From Candidatus Poribacteria bacterium (GTDB lineage Bacteria > Poribacteria > WGA-4E > WGA-3G): a DNA stretch of 64,000 bases. The translations under genes and the position numbers were made by a program. The notes below the pieces were generated by a model. The model saw nothing but the letters and a program-made list of their open reading frames with translations. It had not been told where the DNA came from and searched no databases. Within the stretch, counting starts at the first letter, position 1; the number at the start of each line of letters is the position of its first letter. Positions 29,816-39,146 of the stretch are shown in pieces. The stretch spans positions 288,001 through 352,000 of the forward strand of contig CAXXLX010000001.1 of the NCBI GenBank assembly GCA_963665235.2. Direction: 5' to 3'.

Positions 29816-31735
29816 ATGAAACTTTTTGTTCCAGGGCGCATTTGCCTATTCGGTGAACATAGTGATTGGGCAGGCCGTTATCGGCAAGATAACGCCGATA
29901 TTGAGAAAGGCTACACCCTAATCACGAGCACGAACCAGGGGGTCTACGCGGAGGTCAAACCGCACCCGACAAATCTCATTTTAAAGACAAGCCTCAGCGA
30001 TGGAACGCGCCACGGGCCCTATACGTTACCGATGGAGCCTGCTGCGCTTCTAGCTGAAGCGGAGAAGGGCAGTTTTTTCAGTTACGCCGCAGGAGTCGCC
30101 TATCAGATTTTGACGAACTACCGCGTCCAAGGACTGGAAATTGATAACTATCTGACCGATTTACCTGTCAAAAAAGGGCTCTCCTCCAGTGCAGCGATAT
30201 GTGTTTTGGTTGCCCGCGCCTTCAACAGAATATATGACCTCAAAATGACAACACGCGGCGAAATGGAATACGCCTATCGCGGCGAAACCACCACACCCTC
30301 ACGGTGTGGCAGAATGGACCAGGGCTGCGCATACCAACATCCCATTCTCATGAGCTTCGATAGAGAACACATCGACGTTAGCGAATTCAGCGTTTCCAAC
30401 AATCTTTACCTCGTTATCGTTGACCTAGGGGCCGGTAAAGACACCCGACTCATATTGAATCAGCTCCATCACTGTTATCCGTTTGCTGAAAACGAACTAC
30501 AACGAAACGTACAGCACTATCTCGGTCCCCTAAACGCCGAAATTACGGAGGCAGCATATCAAGCATTACGTCGGGGGGATGCCGAAGCAGTTGGCAAATT
30601 GATGACACGCGCCCAACAGGAATTTGATAAACATCTAATACCTGCATGCCCATCACAATTGACAGCACCGGTACTACACAAAGTTCTGAATTATGAACCG
30701 ATTCAACCTTATATCTGGGGCGGTAAGGGAGTCGGCTCACAAGGGGACGGGTCAGCACAATTCATTGTCAAAGACGAAGAAAGCCAACGGCGGGTGATTG
30801 AAATTATCGAACGCGATTTGCAAATGTCCTGTCTGAAATTGATTATTGAGGCCGGCAGGCATGTCCGAAAAGCCATCATTCCTGCTGCTGGGTTTGGCAC
30901 CCGGTTATTTCCTGCTTCAAAAGCAATCAAGAAAGAACTTTTTCCGGTCATAGACCGGACCGGACGCGCAAAACCCGCAATCATGGCAATCGTCGAAGAA
31001 GCGGTGAATGCCGGCATCGAAGAGGTCTGCCTCATCGTACAGCGGGGGGACACCGAGCTGTTCGAATCCTTTTTCAAAAGCGCACCCCCGATTGAACACT
31101 TTAACAAACTCAGCAAGGAAAATAAGGCATACTGCGAATACCTTATAGAACTCGGAAGCCGAGTCACGTTAATTACACAAGACGTTCAGGATGGGTTCGG
31201 ACACGCAGTCTATTGTGCCCGAGAGTGGGTCGACAATGAACCGTTTCTGCTGATGCTCGGCGACCACCTCTACGGCTCTGATGAACCCAGCTCCTGCGCA
31301 AGACAGGTCCTAGACGCTTATGAACAGGTCGGGCATAGTGTCGTCGGGTTAAAAGAGACACCGATTGAAGAGCTATCCAACTTCGGATGCGTTACAGGCG
31401 TATGGACAAAAGAGCGGGAAATGCTATCCGTAACAGAGTTTTATGAAAAACCTGATGCAAAATACGCCCGGGAACATCTACACATAGATGGCATGGATGC
31501 CGACCGTTTTCTCACAGTGTTCGGCATCTATGTGATTCAACCACAGATTTTTGAATTCCTTGAACAGAATATCGCACATAACATTCGGGAACGCGGTGAA
31601 TTCCAACTCACCTCCTGTTTAGACGAGTTGCGAAAAGCGGACGGATTTTCCGGTTACGTCGTAAAGGGACGGCGATTTGACATCGGAATCCCTGAGGAGT
31701 ATAGGCAAACAGTTATCGACTTCAAGAATGCCTAG
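29816..31735 (+). CDS. Fusion of a GHMP sugar kinase and a GalU-like sugar-1-phosphate nucleotidyltransferase
   Basis: PGRICLFGEHSD and PVKKGLSSSAA (GHMP); KAIIPAAGFGTRLFPASKAIKKEL, GFGHAV, LGDH, EKP, FDIG (GalU-like). Confidence 0.88.
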   Translation: MKLFVPGRICLFGEHSDWAGRYRQDNADIEKGYTLITSTNQGVYAEVKPHPTNLILKTSLSDGTRHGPYTLPMEPAALLAEAEKGSFFSYAAGVAYQILTNYRVQGLEIDNYLTDLPVKKGLSSSAAICVLVARAFNRIYDLKMTTRGEMEYAYRGETTTPSRCGRMDQGCAYQHPILMSFDREHIDVSEFSVSNNLYLVIVDLGAGKDTRLILNQLHHCYPFAENELQRNVQHYLGPLNAEITEAAYQALRRGDAEAVGKLMTRAQQEFDKHLIPACPSQLTAPVLHKVLNYEPIQPYIWGGKGVGSQGDGSAQFIVKDEESQRRVIEIIERDLQMSCLKLIIEAGRHVRKAIIPAAGFGTRLFPASKAIKKELFPVIDRTGRAKPAIMAIVEEAVNAGIEEVCLIVQRGDTELFESFFKSAPPIEHFNKLSKENKAYCEYLIELGSRVTLITQDVQDGFGHAVYCAREWVDNEPFLLMLGDHLYGSDEPSSCARQVLDAYEQVGHSVVGLKETPIEELSNFGCVTGVWTKEREMLSVTEFYEKPDAKYAREHLHIDGMDADRFLTVFGIYVIQPQIFEFLEQNIAHNIRERGEFQLTSCLDELRKADGFSGYVVKGRRFDIGIPEEYRQTVIDFKNA

Positions 31736-31869
31736 CTACGCCCCTCCATCCGCCAAATTTAACTTGCATTTTGCCAAAAAATAGCGTATAATTAAAACGT
31801 TTTGTAAAGACAGGCACAAATTGACTACGAAAAAACGTTTAGATTAGGTGTTACCAAACGGAGGATAAA

Positions 31870-34662
31870 TTGCTATTATCAGATAAGAAATGGTATTTTT
31901 GGAGCGTTGTCACAATAATCGTGGGCATCGTCCTCTTAATACCTTTGACTACCAACGCAGCTGAACTCAAGGTAGTCGTTCAAGATGAAAACGGGAGTGC
32001 GATTCCAGCAGCCACAGTCACAATTGGCACTGAGGAACAAACAACAGATGATGACGGTGCCGCTATGTTTAGCGACGTAGCAGGAGCACAGTCAGCACAG
32101 GTCATGGCCATCGGTTTTGTTAGCAAACGGTTAAACGTCTCCGCGGGTCAGACAGAATTAACAGTGATGCTTGCCCCGCTCCAAACGATTGAATCGGTCG
32201 TTGTGGTAGGTACGCGGAGCATCGGACGACAAGCCTTGCTAGCACCGGTACCGATTGAAGTCGTTAACAGGAAACAGCTCAGCCTTACAGGTCAATCCGA
32301 AACCGGCCGCATCCTACAGATGTTAGTGCCCTCCTTTAACTTTCCAAGTTCATCCATTAGTGACGGAACAGATGCGTTACGTCCTGCAACATTACGCGGT
32401 TTGGGCCCCGATCAGACGTTAGTATTGGTCAACGGCAAACGTCGTCATAAAAGCGCGTTGCTCCACATCAATACCTCGGTAGGTCGTGGTACTGCCGGCA
32501 CAGATTTCAACGCCATTCCATCCGCCGCAATAGAGCGGATTGAAGTCCTTCGCGACGGCGCAGCTGCCCAATACGGCTCAGATGCTATCGCTGGCGTTAT
32601 TAACATTGTCCTCAAAGACGACATCGACACAGGCGACGCAAACTTTTACTGGGGACAAACCTACGAAGGCGATGGAGATACATGGATTGGAAACGCCAAT
32701 TACGGCATGAAAGCAGGTAAAGATGGATTTATCAATCTCACAGTAGAATGGCGAGACAGATACCGCACCAACCGTGCGGGTCTTACAGGTACACGCCAAT
32801 ATGACTGGATAGAAGAAGACCCAGGCAGACCAGCCGACCAAATTCTTGAAATTGAAAACGAAGACGGTACCGTGACAGAGAAACCGGTGTGGTTTGACCC
32901 GCGCGAATACACATTCGAGCGCCAGAACTTCCGAATCGGTGATTCCGACTCGTCACAAAAGGTCGGATTTTACAACTTTGGACTACCGATAGCCAACGGC
33001 TTAGACCTCTACTCATTCGGCGGGTATTCTACACGTCAAAACAATAGTGCCGGTTTCTATCGGAGAGCCAATCAAGCAGAACGAACGGTGACAGAAATTT
33101 ATCCGGACGGTTTCCTGCCCGAAATTAACACCAATATCGAAGACCTCTCCCTTGCACTGGGAATGGCATGGACACATGAAACGACCGACCTCAATGTGGA
33201 TGTCAGTGTCAATCACGGTTTGAATACATTTGACTTTTTCATCTCCAACTCGCTGAATGCGTCTTACGGCATAGCAAGTCCTACTGAAGCAGATGCGGGT
33301 GGATTTGAACTGTCCCAAACAGCATTCAATTTAGACATTACCTATCCGCTCGATTATCAATCTTCGCTCATCAATTTGGCGGGGGGTATAGAATTTAGAC
33401 GTGAAGCCTACGGTATTCATGCAGGTGAAATGGCTTCATGGAATAACGCTGGACTCGGTGCTGCGGGAGCTGCCTCCGGTATTCAGGTCTTCCCCGGTTT
33501 CCGACCTAACCAAGAAACAGACGAAAACCGAACCAACATCGCAGCGTATGCTGACTTTGAATCCTATCTCAGCGGGCAACCCGGTAGTGGGATTCTCCTC
33601 GGCGCAGCTGTACGCGGAGAGCAGTATAGCGACTTCGGTTCCACCCTCACAGGTAAAGTCACAGCACGATACGACGTTATGAAAGAGGTCGCAGTCCGTG
33701 CTGCAGGTAGCACAGGCTTCCGAGCTCCTTCACTCCAACAGCTCTATTTCAACAACATTAGCACACAATTCAACATAGATGTTGATGACATTGATGGTGA
33801 CGGCGACACGACAGAACTGGTCGCTCTTGAAGTGGGTACGTTCCGCAATGACAGCGAAGCGGCACGCGCCCTTGGTATCCCTGAATTGAAAGAGGAAACC
33901 GCTTTTAACGTCTCCGGCGGGGTCGTACTGAAACCGCTCGAGAAACTATGGGTAACCGTAGACGGTTTCCTCATTCAAATTGACGACCGTATTGTCATTA
34001 GCGGTAGATTTGGTGCAGATAAAGTACCCGGTTTAAAAGAAGCGGGTGCTAACGAAGCGCAGGTCTTCACAAACGTCGCGCAAACCCGAACGACAGGCGT
34101 TGACGTAGCCGCTGGCTATTTATACGCCTTCGACAACGAATCCCTTCTCAACCTGAAAGCCGCTTTGACCTGGGCTGATACCGAAGTTATCGGTGATGTG
34201 GAAGCCCCCGAAATTCTGGTCGGCCTTGAGGATACGTTGTTTCCCTCACAGGAACGTTCCATGATTGAAGAGTGGCAACCGAACACCCGAATAAACATTA
34301 GCGCGGATTACATCGTCGGGGGGCTCACCATCGGCGGGGCATTGCGTTACTTCGGTGAATATACCGTTCAGGAAGGAAGTGGCGACGACCCGGCACGCCA
34401 AACTTATGGCGGAAAATGGCTAACCGATATCCAGAGCAATTATCAACTCAACGAAGGACTTTCGTTGACAATCGGGGCAAACAATCTGTTTGACCAGTTG
34501 CCTGATGAAAACGAGATTGGCCAATCACGCGGGGGTACATTAGAGGATGGCAACAAGGATGTCATCGTTGACTCCCCCGGTGTCTTCACCTATTCCAGAA
34601 GGTCCGTGCCGTTCGGTTTCAACGGCGGACTTTACTACGCGAAGCTTTCATATAGCTTCTAA
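31870..34662 (+). CDS. TonB-dependent outer-membrane receptor
   Basis: VVVVGTR; plug LRGLGPDQTLVLVNGKR and IERIEVLRDGAAAQYGSDAIAGVINI; GANNLFD; terminal YSF; GGAGG RBS and upstream TTGCAT-17-TATAAT. Confidence 0.93.
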   Translation: MLLSDKKWYFWSVVTIIVGIVLLIPLTTNAAELKVVVQDENGSAIPAATVTIGTEEQTTDDDGAAMFSDVAGAQSAQVMAIGFVSKRLNVSAGQTELTVMLAPLQTIESVVVVGTRSIGRQALLAPVPIEVVNRKQLSLTGQSETGRILQMLVPSFNFPSSSISDGTDALRPATLRGLGPDQTLVLVNGKRRHKSALLHINTSVGRGTAGTDFNAIPSAAIERIEVLRDGAAAQYGSDAIAGVINIVLKDDIDTGDANFYWGQTYEGDGDTWIGNANYGMKAGKDGFINLTVEWRDRYRTNRAGLTGTRQYDWIEEDPGRPADQILEIENEDGTVTEKPVWFDPREYTFERQNFRIGDSDSSQKVGFYNFGLPIANGLDLYSFGGYSTRQNNSAGFYRRANQAERTVTEIYPDGFLPEINTNIEDLSLALGMAWTHETTDLNVDVSVNHGLNTFDFFISNSLNASYGIASPTEADAGGFELSQTAFNLDITYPLDYQSSLINLAGGIEFRREAYGIHAGEMASWNNAGLGAAGAASGIQVFPGFRPNQETDENRTNIAAYADFESYLSGQPGSGILLGAAVRGEQYSDFGSTLTGKVTARYDVMKEVAVRAAGSTGFRAPSLQQLYFNNISTQFNIDVDDIDGDGDTTELVALEVGTFRNDSEAARALGIPELKEETAFNVSGGVVLKPLEKLWVTVDGFLIQIDDRIVISGRFGADKVPGLKEAGANEAQVFTNVAQTRTTGVDVAAGYLYAFDNESLLNLKAALTWADTEVIGDVEAPEILVGLEDTLFPSQERSMIEEWQPNTRINISADYIVGGLTIGGALRYFGEYTVQEGSGDDPARQTYGGKWLTDIQSNYQLNEGLSLTIGANNLFDQLPDENEIGQSRGGTLEDGNKDVIVDSPGVFTYSRRSVPFGFNGGLYYAKLSYSF

Positions 34663-34713
34663 ACCGGTTCCGTTTTGTAGGCGTGCTTTGTAAGCGCGCC
34701 TACACCCACATCA

Positions 34714-36072
34714 TCATACGGGCCACCGCGCCTGAAATTGTGCAACCATCGCCTCCGGTCCACCGTGCTTCCCCAAAAATTCCAAAAACGCCTGATAGAG
34801 CCGCCGTGCCTCATCCGTATCCGATTCAAACCGATTCGTCAACTGCGCTGGGTCGGTCGGAAGATGGAACAGCTGTTTCGGCGCGCCCTTATTTTCTAAC
34901 AGCAGCGACCACGTACCATCCGTAATACTCCCGTGCGGGCTGCCGCCATCTGGGCTCCATCCGCCACCCCAAGCCCCGTGCGTAACAGCATAGTCACTGC
35001 CGGTGTCGGTCTCTCCGAGCACTATCGGCAGCAGACTATTGCCTTCAACCTGCCTGCCCCGCTCGGCACTGAACACATCAATCACCGTTGCTGGCATGTC
35101 AATAATACTTGCAAGTGCGTCTGTCCGGCGAGGCGTTGCCTCCGGATGATAAACAAGCAGCGGTATATGCACAATCTCCTCATACATACCGAGATTTTTG
35201 GCGATAAGCCCATGTTCACCCAATAAAAATCCGTGATCGGCCATGAAAATCACCATCGTGTTTTCCATCAACCCCATATAGTCAATCTTCTGGAGCAGCT
35301 GCCCAATATAGTTGTCCACAAGGCACGCCTCAGCACGATAGAGGGCATTGAGACGCTGCGTCGTGCGTTCGTCCATCTTATTTGGCCCGTAAGTCGGATA
35401 GATAGGTTCCGGCCCGTCGTAATCGTCCGGGTCAAACCGTCTGATATACCAATCGGGTACGTCCCACGGTTCATGCGGGTCGAACGTGTCCACCATCAGA
35501 TAAAAATTGTCGTGTTGATAGTTGCGTTCCAGCCAGTCGCACGCCGTTTGCACCGTTTGTGCGACGAACGTGTCGCCTTCGTTCCGCCGAAAGTCGCTGT
35601 TTTTGAGGTGATTGCTTAATCCTGGGGGTAACGTGTTCGGATGCGGGCGCGTGTGTTCACGATATCGCAGTGCTATTTCCGTGTCATAGTCGTACGGGTG
35701 TGTTTCCAAAGTGTCGCTCTCCTGCCCACGAATCCATTTCCATCCTGTGAATCCTCGGTTATACAAGAAACCGTTGTTGAGATGGTGCGGTGTATCCGCA
35801 ATCATCATACTGACCACCCCCGCCTTCGTTAAGGCGTTCGCAATTACCGGTACGTTGCGTTGCAGCGGTTCCCATCCTCGGCGGCATATCCCTACCTCCC
35901 CCGTCACTAAATCGCCACGGATCGGCACGGTGGGATAGCTACAGACGTAGGCTTTATCAAAAACGACACATTTTTCTGCAAAGGCGTTAAGTGCAGGACT
36001 ATATCCCCTTCCGCCATAAATTTCTAGGTTATCTCGTCTAAACGTATCTGAAATAATATGGATAATATTCAC
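34714..36072 (-). CDS. Sulfatase / alkaline-phosphatase superfamily hydrolase (Thr at the usual Cys/Ser position)
   Basis: NII.IISDTFRRD, TVPIRGDLVTG, FDPHEPW, MADHG..LGEH. Confidence 0.85.
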   Translation of the reverse strand: MNIIHIISDTFRRDNLEIYGGRGYSPALNAFAEKCVVFDKAYVCSYPTVPIRGDLVTGEVGICRRGWEPLQRNVPVIANALTKAGVVSMMIADTPHHLNNGFLYNRGFTGWKWIRGQESDTLETHPYDYDTEIALRYREHTRPHPNTLPPGLSNHLKNSDFRRNEGDTFVAQTVQTACDWLERNYQHDNFYLMVDTFDPHEPWDVPDWYIRRFDPDDYDGPEPIYPTYGPNKMDERTTQRLNALYRAEACLVDNYIGQLLQKIDYMGLMENTMVIFMADHGFLLGEHGLIAKNLGMYEEIVHIPLLVYHPEATPRRTDALASIIDMPATVIDVFSAERGRQVEGNSLLPIVLGETDTGSDYAVTHGAWGGGWSPDGGSPHGSITDGTWSLLLENKGAPKQLFHLPTDPAQLTNRFESDTDEARRLYQAFLEFLGKHGGPEAMVAQFQARWPV

Positions 36073-36315
36073 ACTGTTTCTCCAAAATTTGAGCGATTTA
36101 TTAGATTATACCGCATTTTCGTTTTCTTGGGGTATAATTTTCCAAACCGCACTAGCCACCTAAAATTGAGACAAAAACAGGCAATTTTTCACTTTTGTCA
36201 CAGATTTTTCAGAGAATTTGTAAAAAAATCTCTAATTTGCTATTAACTTTTTCTGTTTAACGTATATATAAAGAGTAGAACAGGTTAAGGGTGTCTCGAG
36301 CAAAAACATTGATAA

Positions 36316-36687
36316 AACGGTGACATCCTTTTCGCCGGTTGTTACCACTACTATGAAGACAAGACTTTCACCGTTTATTGGGCATACCGGCTTGTTGTCG
36401 ATGAGAATCCATTTAAGTATGAGGCAAATCCGAAATACAGCATTTCTCTGCCGCCATTCGATCCGAAGACTCAAGCCATGCCAGTCAGTCTCGATGACTC
36501 TGAAACGCTCTGGGTGAACGTAAACGACCTGCCTGTGATAGGAGAGGCTCAGGACTTCCACATGACCGCGTATACTCGCATTGATGCGGATTTTACGGAC
36601 GAGGGTTTGAAGAGAAGGTTTTCCTGGAAGGACTGTAAAAACAGAGTCCGTTTTTGGCACAGACCACCCCCAGGCCGCCGGTGGTAA
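36316..36687 (+). pseudogene. Possible 5'-truncated gene fragment (or a short ORF from ATG 36478)
   Basis: Frame is open for 123 codons from 36316 with protein-like composition but no ATG until 36478; no recognisable family. Confidence 0.25.
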
Positions 36688-36695
36688 AATAACGC

Positions 36696-36735
36696 AGATG
36701 TTTCCCTTCATATTCTCACATGAAGGGAAACATCT
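36696..36735 (+). promoter_or_regulatory. 16-bp perfect hairpin upstream of the RBS (copy 2 at 37863-37902)
   Basis: AGATGTTTCCCTTCAT-ATTCTCAC-ATGAAGGGAAACATCT; the closing T-A pair is C-G in copy 2. Confidence 0.75.
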
Positions 36736-36759
36736 CATTCAGCTATAGGAGAAAAAACA

Positions 36760-37734
36760 GTGCGCAACCTTTTTATTTTCAGCATACTCTTCTTATGTAT
36801 CGTGCCCTTTGCCTCCGCAAAAATCGTGTGGATGGCCGCCTGGGAAATCTGGGTCATGGACGATGATGGCAGCAACCGCCAAAGATTGACACATAATAAT
36901 ATTTATGACGAACAACCACGTTGGTCCCCCAACGGGAAGTGGATCGTTTTTGGGCGCGAACAACCTAGGGAAACCAATGAACAGAATCACGATCTGTTCC
37001 TCATGAATATAGATGGAACACAGGTCCGCAAACTTACCACCTACACAGGACTTGATGTAAATCCAAACTGGTCGCCTGATAGTCAACACATAGTCTTTTC
37101 AAGCACAAGAAGTGATGCATGGAGTGTTCATATCATGGATGTTGAGACACAAGACGTGCATGAACTCACACGCGTCATGAAAGATCAATCGGCGGGGAGT
37201 GCCACGTGGTCACCTGATGGGAAACGGATTGCCTATGTAGGCAAAAATCTAAACCCCTTCCAATCCGCTATCTACATCATCGGTGCGGATGGTAAAAACC
37301 CACGGCCTCTCTTCCCCCCTGTGAATTCCCTGCACTATTCCGTTGACTGGTCGCCGGATGGAAAGCATATTCTGTATGGCATGGCAAAAGCCGAAGGCAA
37401 CCTGCTAATTTCAAATAAAATCGTCATCCGGACCGTTAATGGACATTTGGTCCAAGAGGTGGAAATGCCATCAATCGCAAAATGGTTTATACACTCCGCT
37501 TGTTGGATGGGAACGAAACATATTCTCATTTACGCCCAAGAAGACCATAAAGCCCCGGATGGTGGGCAGAGTGATATCTATCGGTATACACTCGCCACAG
37601 ATGAAATAGTCAATCTCACAAACTCCCCAATAGATAACGATTGTTTTCCGGATTGGATAGATGATGGGGCACTAGCTGTTGCCCCGGTGAGCAAACTCGC
37701 CATCCGATGGGCACAACTCAAGAAAATCCATTAA
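36760..37734 (+). CDS. Secreted TolB-like PD40 beta-propeller protein, paralog 1
   Basis: Signal peptide; WSPNGK/WSPDSQ/WSPDGK repeats; tail VAPVSKLAIRWAQLK. Confidence 0.87.
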   Translation: MRNLFIFSILFLCIVPFASAKIVWMAAWEIWVMDDDGSNRQRLTHNNIYDEQPRWSPNGKWIVFGREQPRETNEQNHDLFLMNIDGTQVRKLTTYTGLDVNPNWSPDSQHIVFSSTRSDAWSVHIMDVETQDVHELTRVMKDQSAGSATWSPDGKRIAYVGKNLNPFQSAIYIIGADGKNPRPLFPPVNSLHYSVDWSPDGKHILYGMAKAEGNLLISNKIVIRTVNGHLVQEVEMPSIAKWFIHSACWMGTKHILIYAQEDHKAPDGGQSDIYRYTLATDEIVNLTNSPIDNDCFPDWIDDGALAVAPVSKLAIRWAQLKKIH

Positions 37735-37926
37735 GACAGAAGCACAACTAATGCGGCTAGACTGTGTTCACATTCAAAAAATAGTTGATATTTCTAAATA
37801 CTTTTGGTATATTGTCTCTATGGATATGAAAACGCACACGCTCTTGTAAGAACTCCGATCGCAGATGTTTCCCTTCACATTCTCACGTGAAGGGAAACAT
37901 CTCATTCAGCTATAGGAGAAAAAGCA

Positions 37927-38901
37927 ATGCGCAAACTTTTTATTCTCAGCGTCCTTTTCATCAGTATCGCGCCCTGTGCCCCCGCAAAAATCGTGTGGAT
38001 GGCCGCCTGGGAAATCTGGGTCATGGACGATGATGGCAGCAACCGCCAAAGATTGACATATAATGATATCTATGACACGAAACCGCGCTGGTCACCCAAT
38101 GGAAAGTGGATCGCTTTTGAACGCGCACAGGAAAGGGAAACCAATGAACAGAACCATGACCTATTCCTCATGAATATAGATGGAACACAGGTCCGCAAAC
38201 TTACCACCTACACAGGACTTGATGTAAATCCAGACTGGTCGCCTGATAGTCAACATATAGTCTTTACAAGCACACGAACGGATGCCTACAGCGTTCATAT
38301 CATGGATGTTGAGACGCAAGACGTGCATGAACTCACACGCGTCATGAAGGATGAATCGGAGGGGAGTGCCACGTGGTCACCTGATGGGAAACGGATTGCC
38401 TATGTAGGCAAAAATCTAAATCCCTTTCAATCTGCTATCTACATCATCGGCGCGGATGGTAAAAACCCACGGCCCCTCGTCCGCCATGAGGTCGCACAGC
38501 ACTATTCCCTCCGCTGGTCACCTGATGGAAAACAAATATTGTATGTCGTGGCAAAATACGAAGGCAGGCGTGTTCTCTTAAATCAAATTGTCATTCGGAC
38601 CATTGATGGGCGTTTAGTAAAAGAGGTGGAAATGCCATCAATCGCAAAATGGCATATAAACGCCGCCTGTTGGATGGGAACGAAACATGTGCTCATTTAC
38701 GCCATAGAAGACTATACCGCCCCGGATGGGGGGCAGAGTGATATCTACAAGTATACACTCGCTACCGATGAGATAGTCAATCTAACGAACTCCCCAATAG
38801 ATAACGACGGTTTTCCGGATTGGATAGATGATGGGGCACTAGCTGTTTCTCCTGTGAGCAAACTCGCCATCCGATGGGCACAACTCAAGCGAATCCATTA
38901 A
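37927..38901 (+). CDS. Secreted TolB-like PD40 beta-propeller protein, paralog 2
   Basis: Same length (324 aa) and scaffold as 36760-37734, with clustered differences. Confidence 0.87.
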   Translation: MRKLFILSVLFISIAPCAPAKIVWMAAWEIWVMDDDGSNRQRLTYNDIYDTKPRWSPNGKWIAFERAQERETNEQNHDLFLMNIDGTQVRKLTTYTGLDVNPDWSPDSQHIVFTSTRTDAYSVHIMDVETQDVHELTRVMKDESEGSATWSPDGKRIAYVGKNLNPFQSAIYIIGADGKNPRPLVRHEVAQHYSLRWSPDGKQILYVVAKYEGRRVLLNQIVIRTIDGRLVKEVEMPSIAKWHINAACWMGTKHVLIYAIEDYTAPDGGQSDIYKYTLATDEIVNLTNSPIDNDGFPDWIDDGALAVSPVSKLAIRWAQLKRIH

Positions 38902-39146
38902 GACGGAAGCACAACTAATGCGGATAGACGGTGTTCACATTCAATGTCCCTGGCGAGTAAAAAAAACGACTTGACTTTTTACCGCTCTTCCGCTAAGGTT
39001 ACCCCATGCTTCAGCTTGGGGATGTAAGCGGCATCCGGTGTGAAAGCAAGGGTGTGTAAAGTTTTTGTACAAATCCTTGTTGTCAGGAAAATAAAAAAAT
39101 GGTATCCTTTCTAAATAATAAACTTGTGAAAAAAGAGAGGATACCA

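Larger units (their letters stand above)
36693..38944 (+). repeat. Tandem duplication of a ~1,085-bp gene unit (offset 1,167 bp)
   Basis: 36693-37777 aligns with 37860-38944, including 5' hairpin, RBS, gene and 3' flank. Confidence 0.95.

Noticed and set aside
30896-30911. Self-target of the predicted TnpB guide (GGCACCCGGTTATTTC, 14/16 match) in the nucleotidyltransferase domain
   Set aside because: Mismatch at seed position 5 and no TTGAC upstream; compatible with chance
36696-36735. Integron attC site
   Set aside because: Perfect hairpin without RYYYAAC/GTTRRRY boxes or extrahelical bases; no integrase in the window
36760-38901. Diversity-generating retroelement TR/VR pair
   Set aside because: Differences are not restricted to adenines, both copies are full genes, and no reverse transcriptase is present
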